In this document: in pieces, positions 21,359-30,554 of the stretch | How the letters are laid out: the number at the start of each line of letters is the position of its first letter | Numbering within the stretch: position 1 is the stretch's first letter | The notes under the pieces: generated by a model | Database searches by the model: none | What the model saw: the letters and a program-made list of their open reading frames with translations, nothing else | What the model was told of the DNA's origin: nothing | Source of the DNA: Spirochaetia bacterium | GTDB lineage: Bacteria > Spirochaetota > Spirochaetia > SZUA-6 > Bin103 | Direction of reading: 5' to 3' | Length of the DNA stretch: 64,000 nt | NCBI GenBank assembly: GCA_965199955.1 | Contig: CBDATQ010000001.1 | Location: 192,001 to 256,000 of the forward strand | Translations under genes and position numbers: made by a program

Positions 21359-21505
21359 ACCGTAGGGGATTGCGCGGCGCGGGCGCTTACGGGCGCCGGG
21401 CTGTCCCGATGTGATTACATTGCCGAAATGCCTGAGCGCGTACCGGTTCGTTCCCGAGATGCTCCGGTGGGCGCGCGAAGAAACCGTTGACACCGGTTCC
21501 GGTTC

Positions 21506-22588
21506 ATGAGTACGTCTAGTCCAATGGTCACCTCCGGACCACAGGTCACCGGACCCGAGGTCGTCGACGGCGGGGTGGAGCGCGAGGCCGAGCGGCTGTT
21601 CACCACGTTGATGAACGTGAGCTGCCGGCCCGGCACCCACTGGACGCTCGAGCTCTGCCGGGAGATCGCACCGCTGACGCTGGAGATCAACCGGCTCAAG
21701 GAGCAGCGCAACGCGATCATCCTGGCGCATTCCTACGTGGACGCGGAGATCGTTTACGGCGTCGCCGACTTCAAGAGCGACTCCTACGCGCTCGCCCTGG
21801 AGGCGCGCCACAGCGACGCCGAGGTTATCGTCTTCGCTGGCGTGGTGTTCATGGCGGAGACGGCCAAGATCCTCTGCCCGAACGCCGAGGTGCTGGTGCC
21901 GGACATCGCCTCCGGCTGCTCGCTGGCCGACTCGCTCACCGCCGACGAGCTGCGCGCCCTCAAGGCCGAGCACCCGGACGCCGCCGTCGTCAGCTACATC
22001 AACAGCGCCGCGGAGGTGAAGGCGGAGAGCGACGTGTGCGTCACCTCCGGCAACGCCCTGAAGATCCTGCAGCGCCTGCCGGAGCGCCGCATCCTGTTCG
22101 TGCCGGACCGGATCATGGCCGTCAACCTGCAGCGCGACCTGCGCGCGCGCGGCGTCGACAAGGAGATCGTCAGCTCCTCCGGCACCTGCCTCGTGCACGA
22201 CCAGTTCACGGCCGCCGCCGTCGCGGACGAGCGGGTGCGCTTCCCCGGGGTGAGCGTGGTCAGCCATCCGGAGTGCGCGCCCGAGGTAACCGAGGCCAGC
22301 GACTTCGTGGGCAGCACGCAGGCGATGATGGACCACGTGCGGGACACCGATGCCCCGTACTTCCTGATGCTCACCGAGTGCGGCCTGGTCGGCCGGCTGG
22401 AGGCGGAGCAGCCGGGCAAGCGCTTCATCGGCTCCTGCCGCCTGTGCCCGTACATGAAGCTCAACAGCCTGGCCAAGATCCGCGACGCGCTCATCCGTCC
22501 CGAGCCGGAGCAGGTGATCGAGGTGGATCCGGAAATCGCCCGCGCTGCCAAGGTCAGCATCGACCGCATGTTCGAGCTGGCCGCCTGA
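21506..22588 (+). CDS. nadA: Quinolinate synthase
   Basis: ILAHSY, GVVFMAETAKIL, GCSLA, YINS, CVTSGNA, HPEC, CPYMK. Confidence 0.96.
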   Translation: MSTSSPMVTSGPQVTGPEVVDGGVEREAERLFTTLMNVSCRPGTHWTLELCREIAPLTLEINRLKEQRNAIILAHSYVDAEIVYGVADFKSDSYALALEARHSDAEVIVFAGVVFMAETAKILCPNAEVLVPDIASGCSLADSLTADELRALKAEHPDAAVVSYINSAAEVKAESDVCVTSGNALKILQRLPERRILFVPDRIMAVNLQRDLRARGVDKEIVSSSGTCLVHDQFTAAAVADERVRFPGVSVVSHPECAPEVTEASDFVGSTQAMMDHVRDTDAPYFLMLTECGLVGRLEAEQPGKRFIGSCRLCPYMKLNSLAKIRDALIRPEPEQVIEVDPEIARAAKVSIDRMFELAA

Positions 22589-22650
22589 TCGCCCGCTTTC
22601 TCCAGTCCTCAACCTGATCGCCACTGATGCCGCGGATGTCCTGGGTGTGC

Positions 22651-22697
22651 TTGACCACTTCCGGGCCGACCATGTACATATGAACGAGATACATGTA
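22651..22697 (+). promoter_or_regulatory. Antitoxin promoter with palindromic operator sites
   Basis: TTGACC-18 nt-TACATA; palindromes ATGTACAT (22672-22679) and TACATGTA (22690-22697). Confidence 0.55.
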
Positions 22698-22959
22698 CGA
22701 GTCCTCGGATGAAGTGATCACCGTCGATGAAGTGATTACCGTCAGGGCAAGCGAATTGCGCAAGGATCTGTTTCGCCTGCTCGACCGTTGCCTGGAGGCG
22801 GGAACCGCGATCGACGTGCCACGCAAGGGTCGCACGGTGCGCATCGCCGCGTTGCGGCGGCGTATCAAGGTCGCCGATCTGCCGCGGCGCCCCGGTGTCG
22901 TGGTCGCCGGAGACGAGCTCGACCGGTTCTCTCCGGCCGAGTGGCGACCGGGCGAGTAG
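22693..22959 (+). CDS. Phd/YefM-like antitoxin
   Basis: VRASELRKDLFRLLD...G..I.V.RKGR; lies directly before a PIN remnant. Confidence 0.75.
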   Translation: MYESSDEVITVDEVITVRASELRKDLFRLLDRCLEAGTAIDVPRKGRTVRIAALRRRIKVADLPRRPGVVVAGDELDRFSPAEWRPGE

Positions 22960-22964
22960 GTTCC

Positions 22965-23084
22965 GGGCGCGATCCGTTCGACCGGCTGATCGTCGCCCAC
23001 GCCATCGCCTTCGCCGCTCCCCTGTGCACCCGCGACCGACATCTTCGCGATCACTATCAGGCGGCGTTCTGGACTGCGGCCTGA
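22965..23084 (+). pseudogene. C-terminal remnant of VapC/PIN toxin
   Basis: GRDPFDRLIVAHA....PLCTRD..L is the C-terminal PIN motif; the N-terminal acidic residues are absent. Confidence 0.8.
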
Positions 23085-23130
23085 GACCGGGAGCTTGCGA
23101 CGCCACCCGCGATCCACACAGACTCGCGGC

Positions 23131-23970
23131 ATGCTCACCCGCCCCGTCATCGAGGCGGCCGTCACCGCGGCGCTGCGGGAGGACCTGGCCTACGGCGACC
23201 TCACCACCGAGGCCGTCGTCAGCTCCGCGCGGCGTGGCCGCGCCCGCATCCTGGCGCGCGAGCCGCTCACCCTGTGCGGGGCGGAGGTCGCCGCGCACGC
23301 CTTCCGGGCGGTCGACCCCGATCTGGCCATCGAGCTCGGCGGCGCCGACGGCGACCATGTGGTGCCGCCGAGCCAGGTGATGCTGGTCTCCGGTGCCGTC
23401 CGCTCGATCCTGGCCGCCGAGCGCGTGGCCCTCAACTTCCTCCAGCACCTTTCCGGCATCGCCACGGTCACGGCCGCCTTCTGCACGACGATCGCCGGCA
23501 CCGGCGCCGCCGTGTGCGACACCCGCAAGACGACGCCGGGACTGCGGGCGCTGGAGAAGCACGCCGTGCGCGCCGGCGGCGGGCGGTCGCACCGCAGCAC
23601 GCTCGCCGACTGCGCCATGATCAAGGACAACCACATCGCCGCGGCGGGCGGCGTGCGGGCGGCCGTGGAGCGGGTGCGGGCGCGCACCCCGCACGTCGCC
23701 CGCGTCGAGGTGGAGGTGGAGACGCCGGAGCAGCTCGCCGAGGCGCTCGATGCAGGCGCCGACGTGATCCTGCTCGACAACATGACGCCGGCCGAGGTGC
23801 GCGCAGCGGTGCAGGAGATCGGCGGCCGGGCGATCACCGAGGCTTCCGGGTCGATCAACCTCGAAAACGTCCGCGCCTTCGCCGAGGCCGGGGTCGACAT
23901 GATCTCCACGAGCGCGCTCACCAGCACGGTGCGGCGCGTCGACCTGAGCCTGGAGCTGGAAGCCGACTGA
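23131..23970 (+). CDS. nadC: Nicotinate-nucleotide diphosphorylase (carboxylating)
   Basis: ALREDL..GDLTT, AERVALNFLQHLSGIAT, DTRKTTPG, IKDNH, LLDNM, EASG. Confidence 0.97.
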   Translation: MLTRPVIEAAVTAALREDLAYGDLTTEAVVSSARRGRARILAREPLTLCGAEVAAHAFRAVDPDLAIELGGADGDHVVPPSQVMLVSGAVRSILAAERVALNFLQHLSGIATVTAAFCTTIAGTGAAVCDTRKTTPGLRALEKHAVRAGGGRSHRSTLADCAMIKDNHIAAAGGVRAAVERVRARTPHVARVEVEVETPEQLAEALDAGADVILLDNMTPAEVRAAVQEIGGRAITEASGSINLENVRAFAEAGVDMISTSALTSTVRRVDLSLELEAD

Positions 23971-25532
23971 TGCGCACGGTTCGCACCGATTGCCTGGTGA
24001 TCGGCTGCGGGCTGGCCGGCGCCGGCTACGCGTACCAGGCCGCGAAGGCGGGCCTGGAGTGCATCCTGCTGTCGGGCGAGCCGATCGCGGACGAGTGCAA
24101 CAGCGCGCGCGCCCAGGGCGGCATCGTCGATCCGGCGGTGGACCCCGACTCTCTGCGGAGCGACGTCATGACCGCCAGCGCGGAGACGGCCAATCCGCGC
24201 GCGGTCGACTTCATCGTCGAGCGGGGCGGCGCCGCGGTCCGCGAGCTGGTGGACGAGCTCGACGTTCCCTTCGAGAGGGACGACCGCGGCGAGCTGCGCA
24301 TGACGCGCGAGGCCGCCCACACGGCGGCGCGCATCCTGTTCGCCAAGGACCAGACCGGAAGGGCGATCGTCACCGCCCTGCACCGGGCGGTCGCCGCGTC
24401 GCCGCGGATCGATATGGCGCAGCACACGGTCGCCGTCGACCTGCTCACCCTGTCGCACAGCTCCACCGACCGGCTGCACAAGTACGAGCCGCTGACCTGC
24501 TTCGGCGCCTACGTGCTGGATGTGGCCACCGGCGAGGTGTACGCGATCGTCGCCCGCAAGACGGTGCTGGCGACCGGCGGCCTGGGCCAGATCTACCTGC
24601 ACTCGACCAACTTCCCGAGCGCGTACGGCCACGGCGCGGCGATGGGCTACCGCGTGGGCGCGCGCGTGATCGATCTGGAGTACGTGCAGTTCCACCCGAC
24701 CGTCTTCACCAGGAAGGACGCCGCGCCGTTCCTGATCAGCGAGGCGGTGCGTGGCGAGGGCGGCCACCTGGTGGACGCCGCCGGCCGCCGCTTCATGGAT
24801 GATCACCACCCGGACGGATCGCTGGCGCCGCGTGACGTGATCGCCCGTGCGATCACCTTCGAGATGATCCGCACCGGCGCGCCCTCGGTGTTCATCGACC
24901 TGTCCGACCTGGAGCCCGGCTACGTGACCGACCGGTTCCCGACCATCTACCGGCACTGCCTGGACGCGGGCGTCGACATCACGCAGGAGCCGATCCCGGT
25001 GGTGCCGGCCGCCCACTACGCATGCGGCGGGCTGTACACGGACGTGTACGGCCGCACCAACATCATCGACCTGTCGGCGGTGGGAGAGGCCGCCTGCACT
25101 GGCTTCCACGGCGCCAACCGCCTGGCAAGCACCTCGCTCCTGGAGTGCGTGACCATGGCCCGCGAGGGCGCGGCCACGGCGGCCGGCGAGCTTGCCGGCC
25201 GCCGGTTTCAGCCGCCGGACGTGCGGCCCTGGGAGGGGCGCCGCGTGCAGGCGGACGAGGACCTGATCCAGCAGGACCTCAACCTGGTCAAGGCCACCAT
25301 GTGGAACTACGTCGGCCTGGTGCGCACCGGCCGCCGGCTGCAGCGCGCGCGGGACATGCTGCGCGAGCTGCACGCGCAGGTGGACGACTTCTACCGCGAC
25401 TGCGCGGTCTCCAAGCCGCTGTTGAACCTGCGCAACGCCGTGCAGACCGCCCTGCTGGTCGTGTACGCTGCCTGCCACAACACGCGCAGCGTCGGGTGCC
25501 ACTACCGCGACGACAGGCACGACGGCCGTTAG
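23970..25532 (+). CDS. nadB: L-aspartate oxidase
   Basis: GCGLAG, NSARAQGG, QFHPT, LISEAVRGEG, LAPRD, AAHY, GFHGANRLASTSLLE. Confidence 0.95.
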   Translation: MRTVRTDCLVIGCGLAGAGYAYQAAKAGLECILLSGEPIADECNSARAQGGIVDPAVDPDSLRSDVMTASAETANPRAVDFIVERGGAAVRELVDELDVPFERDDRGELRMTREAAHTAARILFAKDQTGRAIVTALHRAVAASPRIDMAQHTVAVDLLTLSHSSTDRLHKYEPLTCFGAYVLDVATGEVYAIVARKTVLATGGLGQIYLHSTNFPSAYGHGAAMGYRVGARVIDLEYVQFHPTVFTRKDAAPFLISEAVRGEGGHLVDAAGRRFMDDHHPDGSLAPRDVIARAITFEMIRTGAPSVFIDLSDLEPGYVTDRFPTIYRHCLDAGVDITQEPIPVVPAAHYACGGLYTDVYGRTNIIDLSAVGEAACTGFHGANRLASTSLLECVTMAREGAATAAGELAGRRFQPPDVRPWEGRRVQADEDLIQQDLNLVKATMWNYVGLVRTGRRLQRARDMLRELHAQVDDFYRDCAVSKPLLNLRNAVQTALLVVYAACHNTRSVGCHYRDDRHDGR

Positions 25533-25579
25533 CGCCGCGCCGTCGCAGCACCCTCCGTTGCGAGCAAGGCGAGGGACCC

Positions 25580-26689
25580 ATGGCTACCCGGATCGAAGAA
25601 CCGCTCGCACGGACCGAGGCCGCACCGGCGGATGACCCGCGCGTGCTCGCCCTGGTCGACTGTGACGTGCACCCGTACGTCAACAACATCCGCGAGCTGA
25701 CCCCCTATCTGCCGCAGCGCTGGCGGAGCTGGATCGATCAGACCGGCTACCAGGGCCCGCCGCCGCCGGTCTACCCCAAGGTGTTCGAGCTGGCATCCCG
25801 GCGCGACGCCTGGCCGCCCTCGGGCAAGCGTCCGGGCGGCGACCCCGGGTTCGCGGCCGAGCAGCTCCTGGACGAGTGGTCGGTCGACCTGGCCATCCTC
25901 AACAACCTGTACGGCCTGGGCGGGATCAAGAATCACCACCTGGCGCGGGAGATCACGCCGGCGTTGAACCGCTGGCTGCAGGACCGCTGGCTGGACGCCG
26001 ACGAACGCTGGCGCGGCGCGCTGTGCGTGAATCCGGAGGATCCCGGCGGCGCGCCCGCCGTGATCGAGGAGTTCGCCCGCGACGAGCGGTTCGTGCAGGT
26101 GCTGCTGCCGGTGCGCTCCAGCGCTCCCTACGGCCGGCCGCAGTTCCGGCCGATCTTCCGCGCCGCCGCCGATGCCGGACTGCCGGTCGGGCTGCACTTC
26201 GGCGGCTCGGCCGCCAACCCGATCACGGCGGTCGGCTGGCCGTCATTCTACATCGAGGACCACACCGCCATGTCGCAGGCGTTCGAGGCGCAGGTGCTGA
26301 GCTTGGTCTGCGAGGGGGTGTTCGACGAGATCCCGGATGCGCGCGTGATCCTGATCGAGGGCGGGTTCGGCTGGCTGCCGCCGCTGATGTGGCGCCTGGA
26401 CAAGAACTACCGCGGGCTCCGCGACGAGGTGCCGTGGCTGCGCGACCTGCCGAGCCGCTACATCCGCCGCCACTTCCGGGCCACCAGCCAGCCCATGGAG
26501 GAGCCGGAGGATCCGGAGCACCTGCGCTGGCTGTTCGAGATGATCGGCGAGGACGGATTCGTGATGTTCGCCACCGACTACCCGCACTGGGACTTCGATT
26601 CACCGGACCGGGCGCTGCCGCACACGCTGCCTGAGGAGCTGCGCCGCCGCATCCTGGCCGGCAATGCCCAGGAGACTTATGGATTCTGA
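25580..26689 (+). CDS. Amidohydrolase-fold (Amidohydro_2) metalloenzyme
   Basis: DCDVH, GLHFG, IEGGFGW, SQPMEE, FATDYPHWD; GAGGGA SD. Confidence 0.88.
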   Translation: MATRIEEPLARTEAAPADDPRVLALVDCDVHPYVNNIRELTPYLPQRWRSWIDQTGYQGPPPPVYPKVFELASRRDAWPPSGKRPGGDPGFAAEQLLDEWSVDLAILNNLYGLGGIKNHHLAREITPALNRWLQDRWLDADERWRGALCVNPEDPGGAPAVIEEFARDERFVQVLLPVRSSAPYGRPQFRPIFRAAADAGLPVGLHFGGSAANPITAVGWPSFYIEDHTAMSQAFEAQVLSLVCEGVFDEIPDARVILIEGGFGWLPPLMWRLDKNYRGLRDEVPWLRDLPSRYIRRHFRATSQPMEEPEDPEHLRWLFEMIGEDGFVMFATDYPHWDFDSPDRALPHTLPEELRRRILAGNAQETYGF

Positions 26690-27059
26690 GCGGGAGGAAG
26701 CAGGCGAGCACGACCTGGGCCCGGTGACCGGCTACCCGCAGGGCGAGCCGGTCGCGGTCGACGTCGGTCGCCGGCGCCTGGTCGTGGTCAGGGACGGCGA
26801 GCGGGTGTTCGCGCTGCGCGATGTCTGCCCGCACCAGGGCGCGGCGCTGTCGGCGGGCCGGGTGATCTCCACCTGCCGCCTGCACCGCGAGGACGGCCGC
26901 TGGGTGCAGACCGACCTGCGTGTCCTGCAGTGCCCGTGGCACGGCTGGGCGTTCGAGCTGACCGGCGGGCAGGCCTTGTTCGAAGACTCCGGCACTCGCG
27001 TACGCTCCTATCCCGCGCGTGTCCACGGTGGGCGCGTGCGCGTACGGGTCGAGCGGTGA
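26679..27059 (+). CDS. Rieske [2Fe-2S] ferredoxin
   Basis: CPHQG ... CPWHGW. Confidence 0.93.
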   Translation: MDSEREEAGEHDLGPVTGYPQGEPVAVDVGRRRLVVVRDGERVFALRDVCPHQGAALSAGRVISTCRLHREDGRWVQTDLRVLQCPWHGWAFELTGGQALFEDSGTRVRSYPARVHGGRVRVRVER

Positions 27060-27472
27060 CCGCCGCCGGCACCTCGATCGGCTTCCTGGAGCTGATCCGG
27101 CGCTTGGGCGGGCTGGAGTTGCCGCCGGTCGACTTGGTGGTCGGAATCGGCCGTGGCGGCGTGGTGCCCGCCGCGCTGGCGGCGCAGCGGCTGGCGTGCG
27201 ACCTGCGGGTCCTTCCGGTCCGCTTTCGTGACGACGCGCACCAGCCGGAACGGGCGGAGCCGCTGGTCACCCCGCCCGCCTTCGACGTGGCAGGCAAGCG
27301 AGTCCTGCTGGTGGACGACGTGGCGCGCACCGGCGCCACGCTGAGCGCCGCCGCCGGCGCACTGGCCGGCGCAGCCGCCATCCACACGCTGGTGGTCGCC
27401 GGCTGCGCCGACTACGCCCTGTTCCAGGTGGACTCCTGCATCGCCTGGCCCTGGCAGGCCGAAGCGCGGTAG
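27056..27472 (+). CDS. Type I phosphoribosyltransferase
   Basis: VVGIGRGG.VPA, PRPP motif VLLVDDVARTGATL; GTGA overlap. Confidence 0.88.
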   Translation: MTAAGTSIGFLELIRRLGGLELPPVDLVVGIGRGGVVPAALAAQRLACDLRVLPVRFRDDAHQPERAEPLVTPPAFDVAGKRVLLVDDVARTGATLSAAAGALAGAAAIHTLVVAGCADYALFQVDSCIAWPWQAEAR

Positions 27473-27488
27473 CGAGCCGCGCGGCGAC

Positions 27489-27893
27489 TCAAGATGGTCG
27501 CGGTTGACGTTTCTCCTCTGCGATCTGGATCAAGTTGCCGCACGAATCGTCGAACACGGCGGTAATGACCGTCCCGAGGTCGGTCGGCGGCTGTACGAAT
27601 CGCACGCCTCTTGCCACGAGACGCTCGTGTTCGGCTTCGACGTCGTCGACGGCGAAGGAGGCGCTGGGGATGCCGTCCTCCACAAGCGCCCTCTTGAACG
27701 GACGTACCGCGGGATGGTCGTCAGGCTCAAGCAGCAACTGCGTCCCCTCCGGAGCTTCCTCGGATACAACGGTGATCCAGGCATGCTCTCCCACGGGGAC
27801 GTTGTGCTTCAGCTTGAAGCCAAGCGTTTCCGTGTAGAAGCGAAGCGCCTTCTGTTGGTCGTCCACGAAGACACCGGCCAGGTGAATTCTCAT
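27489..27893 (-). CDS. VOC/glyoxalase family protein
   Basis: VFVDDQQKALRFYTE.LGF, FAVDDV, FDDSCGNLIQI; AAGGAG SD. Confidence 0.92.
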   Translation of the reverse strand: MRIHLAGVFVDDQQKALRFYTETLGFKLKHNVPVGEHAWITVVSEEAPEGTQLLLEPDDHPAVRPFKRALVEDGIPSASFAVDDVEAEHERLVARGVRFVQPPTDLGTVITAVFDDSCGNLIQIAEEKRQPRPS

Positions 27894-27923
27894 CTTTCAA
27901 GACTCCTTTCGTCACAGTTTTCG

Positions 27924-28652
27924 TCACAGTCCTTCGTCGCCGACGCTGAACGGCATGGCGCGCCGCACCATGCGGCTCTCGGAGCGCGGCGGCAGATCGG
28001 CCATGCAGCGCCTGACAGCGGCCGGCCGGTCGGCGGGGGGCACTTCGATTATCAAGCCGGTAGTCTCGACGCTGCGCAGCACCTCCAGGTCGGTGCCGCA
28101 GATGCCCACCGGCAGCTCCAGCATCAGGGGCCGGTCGATGACGCCGCACACGCGCTGGATGTTCGCCAGCGTGTGGAAGGAGAGCGGCGACTCGCGGATC
28201 GGCGGCCGGAACAGCAGGCCGTTGATCGCCAGCTCGCCGAGGGAACGGATCATCCCTTCGTCGGACCGGTGATCGACGGTGATGACGATGCCCAGGTCCG
28301 GCAGGGTCAGCAGCGCGGCCTCGGTGCCGGCGGCGTCGAAGATCACGTAGTCGCAGCCGATCTCGACCAGGGCCCGCGTCTGCTCCAAGGTGAACAGCGG
28401 CAGGCGCACGCCCCAGATGCGGTTGCCGAGCGCCTTGGCGGCCGCGGGCAGGTCAGGATGGTCGACGCTGCCGAGCCGCAGCATGAAGGCGTCGGCATCG
28501 ATGTCGGCCAGTCGAGGATCGTGGGCGATCGCCTCCGGCGGAGCCTGCGCGATCAGCGCGAACTCGCCCACGCTCCTGGCGCTGGCGGCGAAGCCGGCCG
28601 GCCGCGGCGTATGCTCGCGGACGCGGTCGAGCAGCTCGATGAAATGGCTCAT
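27924..28652 (-). CDS. Hypothetical protein, translationally coupled to decarboxylase beta subunit
   Basis: [13 protein letters not shown]... alpha/beta pattern, coding codon bias, ATGA overlap. Confidence 0.7.
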   Translation of the reverse strand: MSHFIELLDRVREHTPRPAGFAASARSVGEFALIAQAPPEAIAHDPRLADIDADAFMLRLGSVDHPDLPAAAKALGNRIWGVRLPLFTLEQTRALVEIGCDYVIFDAAGTEAALLTLPDLGIVITVDHRSDEGMIRSLGELAINGLLFRPPIRESPLSFHTLANIQRVCGVIDRPLMLELPVGICGTDLEVLRSVETTGLIIEVPPADRPAAVRRCMADLPPRSESRMVRRAMPFSVGDEGL

Positions 28653-29773
28653 CCGAAGATGGCGATCAGCACGCCGGCGGCGACCGCCGATCCGATCACG
28701 CCGGCCACGTTCGGGCCCATCGCGTTCATCAGCAGGAAGTTGCCTGGATCCTCGTCCTGTCCGACTTTCTGTACCACGCGCGCCGCCATCGGCACGGCGG
28801 AGACGCCGGCCGCGCCTATCATGGGGTTCACGCGCCGGCCGGTGAGCACGCACATCAGCTTGCCCATCAGCACGCCGGCGGCGGTGCCGATCGCGAAGGC
28901 GACCAGGCCCAGGGCGATGATCTGCAGCGTCCTGGGGTTCAGGAACGCGCCGGCGCTCATGCGCGAACCGACCGACAGGCCCAGCAGGATGGTGACGATG
29001 TTGATCATCTCGTTCTGGGCGCACTGCGACAGGCGCTCCAGCTTGGGAACCAGCGCGGTGGCTTCCTTGAGGAGGTTGCCCAGCATCAGCATGCCGATCA
29101 GCGGGGCGGCGGCCGGCACCACCAGCGCCGCGGTCACGGTGGTGATGATCGGGAAGAGGATCTTCACCCGGGTCGATACCGGCCGCAGGTCGGCCATGCG
29201 CACCAGCCGCTCGCGCCGGGTCGTCAGCAGCCGGATGATCGGCGGCTGGATGATGGGCACCAGCGCCATGTAGGAGTAGGCGGCCACGGCGACGGCACCC
29301 AGCAGGTGGTCGGCCAGCTTGCCGGTCAGGTAGATGGCGGTCGGACCGTCGGCGCCACCGATGATCGCGATCGACGCGGCCTCCGCCGGGCTGAAGCCGA
29401 GCGCTCCGGCGCCGAGCAGCGTGGCGAAGATCCCGAACTGCGCCGCCGCGCCCAGGATGAAGGTCTGCGGCCGTGCCAAGAGCGGCGTGAAGTCGGTCAT
29501 GGCGCCGATGCCCAGGAAGATCAGCGGCGGGAACACGCTGGACTTGATCCCGAACACGTAGATCTGCTCCAGCAGACCGCCGGGATCGATCAGGTCCACC
29601 CCCGGCAGGTTGACCAGCAGCGCGCCGAAGCCGATCGGCACCAGCAGCAGCGGTTCGTACTGGCGGACGATGCCCAGGTAGAGCAGGACGCCGGCCACCG
29701 CCAGCATGGCCACGCGCGCCAGCGTCAGCTCGGGCAGGCCGGTCGCCTGCAGGAACTGTTCGAACAGCCCCAT
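28649..29773 (-). CDS. Na+-translocating decarboxylase beta subunit (OadB/MmdB)
   Basis: [59 protein letters not shown]. Confidence 0.96.
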   Translation of the reverse strand: MGLFEQFLQATGLPELTLARVAMLAVAGVLLYLGIVRQYEPLLLVPIGFGALLVNLPGVDLIDPGGLLEQIYVFGIKSSVFPPLIFLGIGAMTDFTPLLARPQTFILGAAAQFGIFATLLGAGALGFSPAEAASIAIIGGADGPTAIYLTGKLADHLLGAVAVAAYSYMALVPIIQPPIIRLLTTRRERLVRMADLRPVSTRVKILFPIITTVTAALVVPAAAPLIGMLMLGNLLKEATALVPKLERLSQCAQNEMINIVTILLGLSVGSRMSAGAFLNPRTLQIIALGLVAFAIGTAAGVLMGKLMCVLTGRRVNPMIGAAGVSAVPMAARVVQKVGQDEDPGNFLLMNAMGPNVAGVIGSAVAAGVLIAIFG

Positions 29774-29779
29774 CGGCCG

Positions 29780-30217
29780 CTACTGGATGGTGAGCAGGGG
29801 TTGGCCTGCCGCGCGGTTGTCGCCGGCGCTCACGTGCACCTCCGAGACGGTGCCCGCGGCCGTGGCGGTGACGTCGATGTCCATCTTCATCGCCTCCATC
29901 ACGACGACGAGCTGCCCGGCGCTCACCTGCTCGCCGGCCGCGACCTTGACCTCCTTGACGGTGCCGGTCATCGGCGCCGGCAGGACGCCGGGTCCCGCCG
30001 CGGCCGGCGCTGGCGCCGGTGTCGGAGGGGGCGTCGGCGAGGGAGCCGCTGGCGTGGGTGCCGGGGTCTGCGCGGGAGTGGCGGCCGCCGGGGCCGCTCC
30101 GGGCTCCAGCTCGACGCGATAGGCGGTGCCTTCGTGGGTGATGGTGAGGACGTCGCCGTCGCGGACGACCTCGACCTCGTGGAGCACCCCCTCGTAGCGG
30201 AAGCGGATCGTGCTCAT
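29780..30217 (-). CDS. Biotin carboxyl carrier subunit (MmdC-like)
   Basis: Pro/Ala linker, EAMKM biotinylation motif. Confidence 0.95.
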   Translation of the reverse strand: MSTIRFRYEGVLHEVEVVRDGDVLTITHEGTAYRVELEPGAAPAAATPAQTPAPTPAAPSPTPPPTPAPAPAAAGPGVLPAPMTGTVKEVKVAAGEQVSAGQLVVVMEAMKMDIDVTATAAGTVSEVHVSAGDNRAAGQPLLTIQ

Positions 30218-30549
30218 GAGGTTGCCTGCCGCGCGACAGTCGCCGATGCCGGCATCCGCAGGCGCCAGCGCGCGGCCTCCACCGTGTCGTAGGGCCGCCA
30301 GGCGGCGGCGCTGGGCAAGGTGGACGCGGCCTGTTCAGCGGCCAGATACGCGGCGGTTGCGGCGGCGATCCAGCCGGGGCTGCCCGCTCCGGCCGGTTCC
30401 GGGGCCGCTGCATCCGGGGCGTCCTGCCCCGTCTCGCGTCGGCCGGAAGCCGCGGTGAGCCCCGCCATCATGGCGCTCAGGAACACCAGGAAGACGAACA
30501 CCACGCCCATGCCGAGCACGGCGACGAACAGCGTGGACGGGGTATCCAT
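30214..30549 (-). CDS. OadG/MmdD family subunit
   Basis: LGMGVVFVFLVFL TM, IAAATAAY, operon position. Confidence 0.85.
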   Translation of the reverse strand: MDTPSTLFVAVLGMGVVFVFLVFLSAMMAGLTAASGRRETGQDAPDAAAPEPAGAGSPGWIAAATAAYLAAEQAASTLPSAAAWRPYDTVEAARWRLRMPASATVARQATS

Positions 30550-30554
30550 GGCTG

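Noticed and set aside
29990..30110. Pro/Ala/Thr repeats
   Set aside because: Normal flexible linker of biotin carrier proteins.
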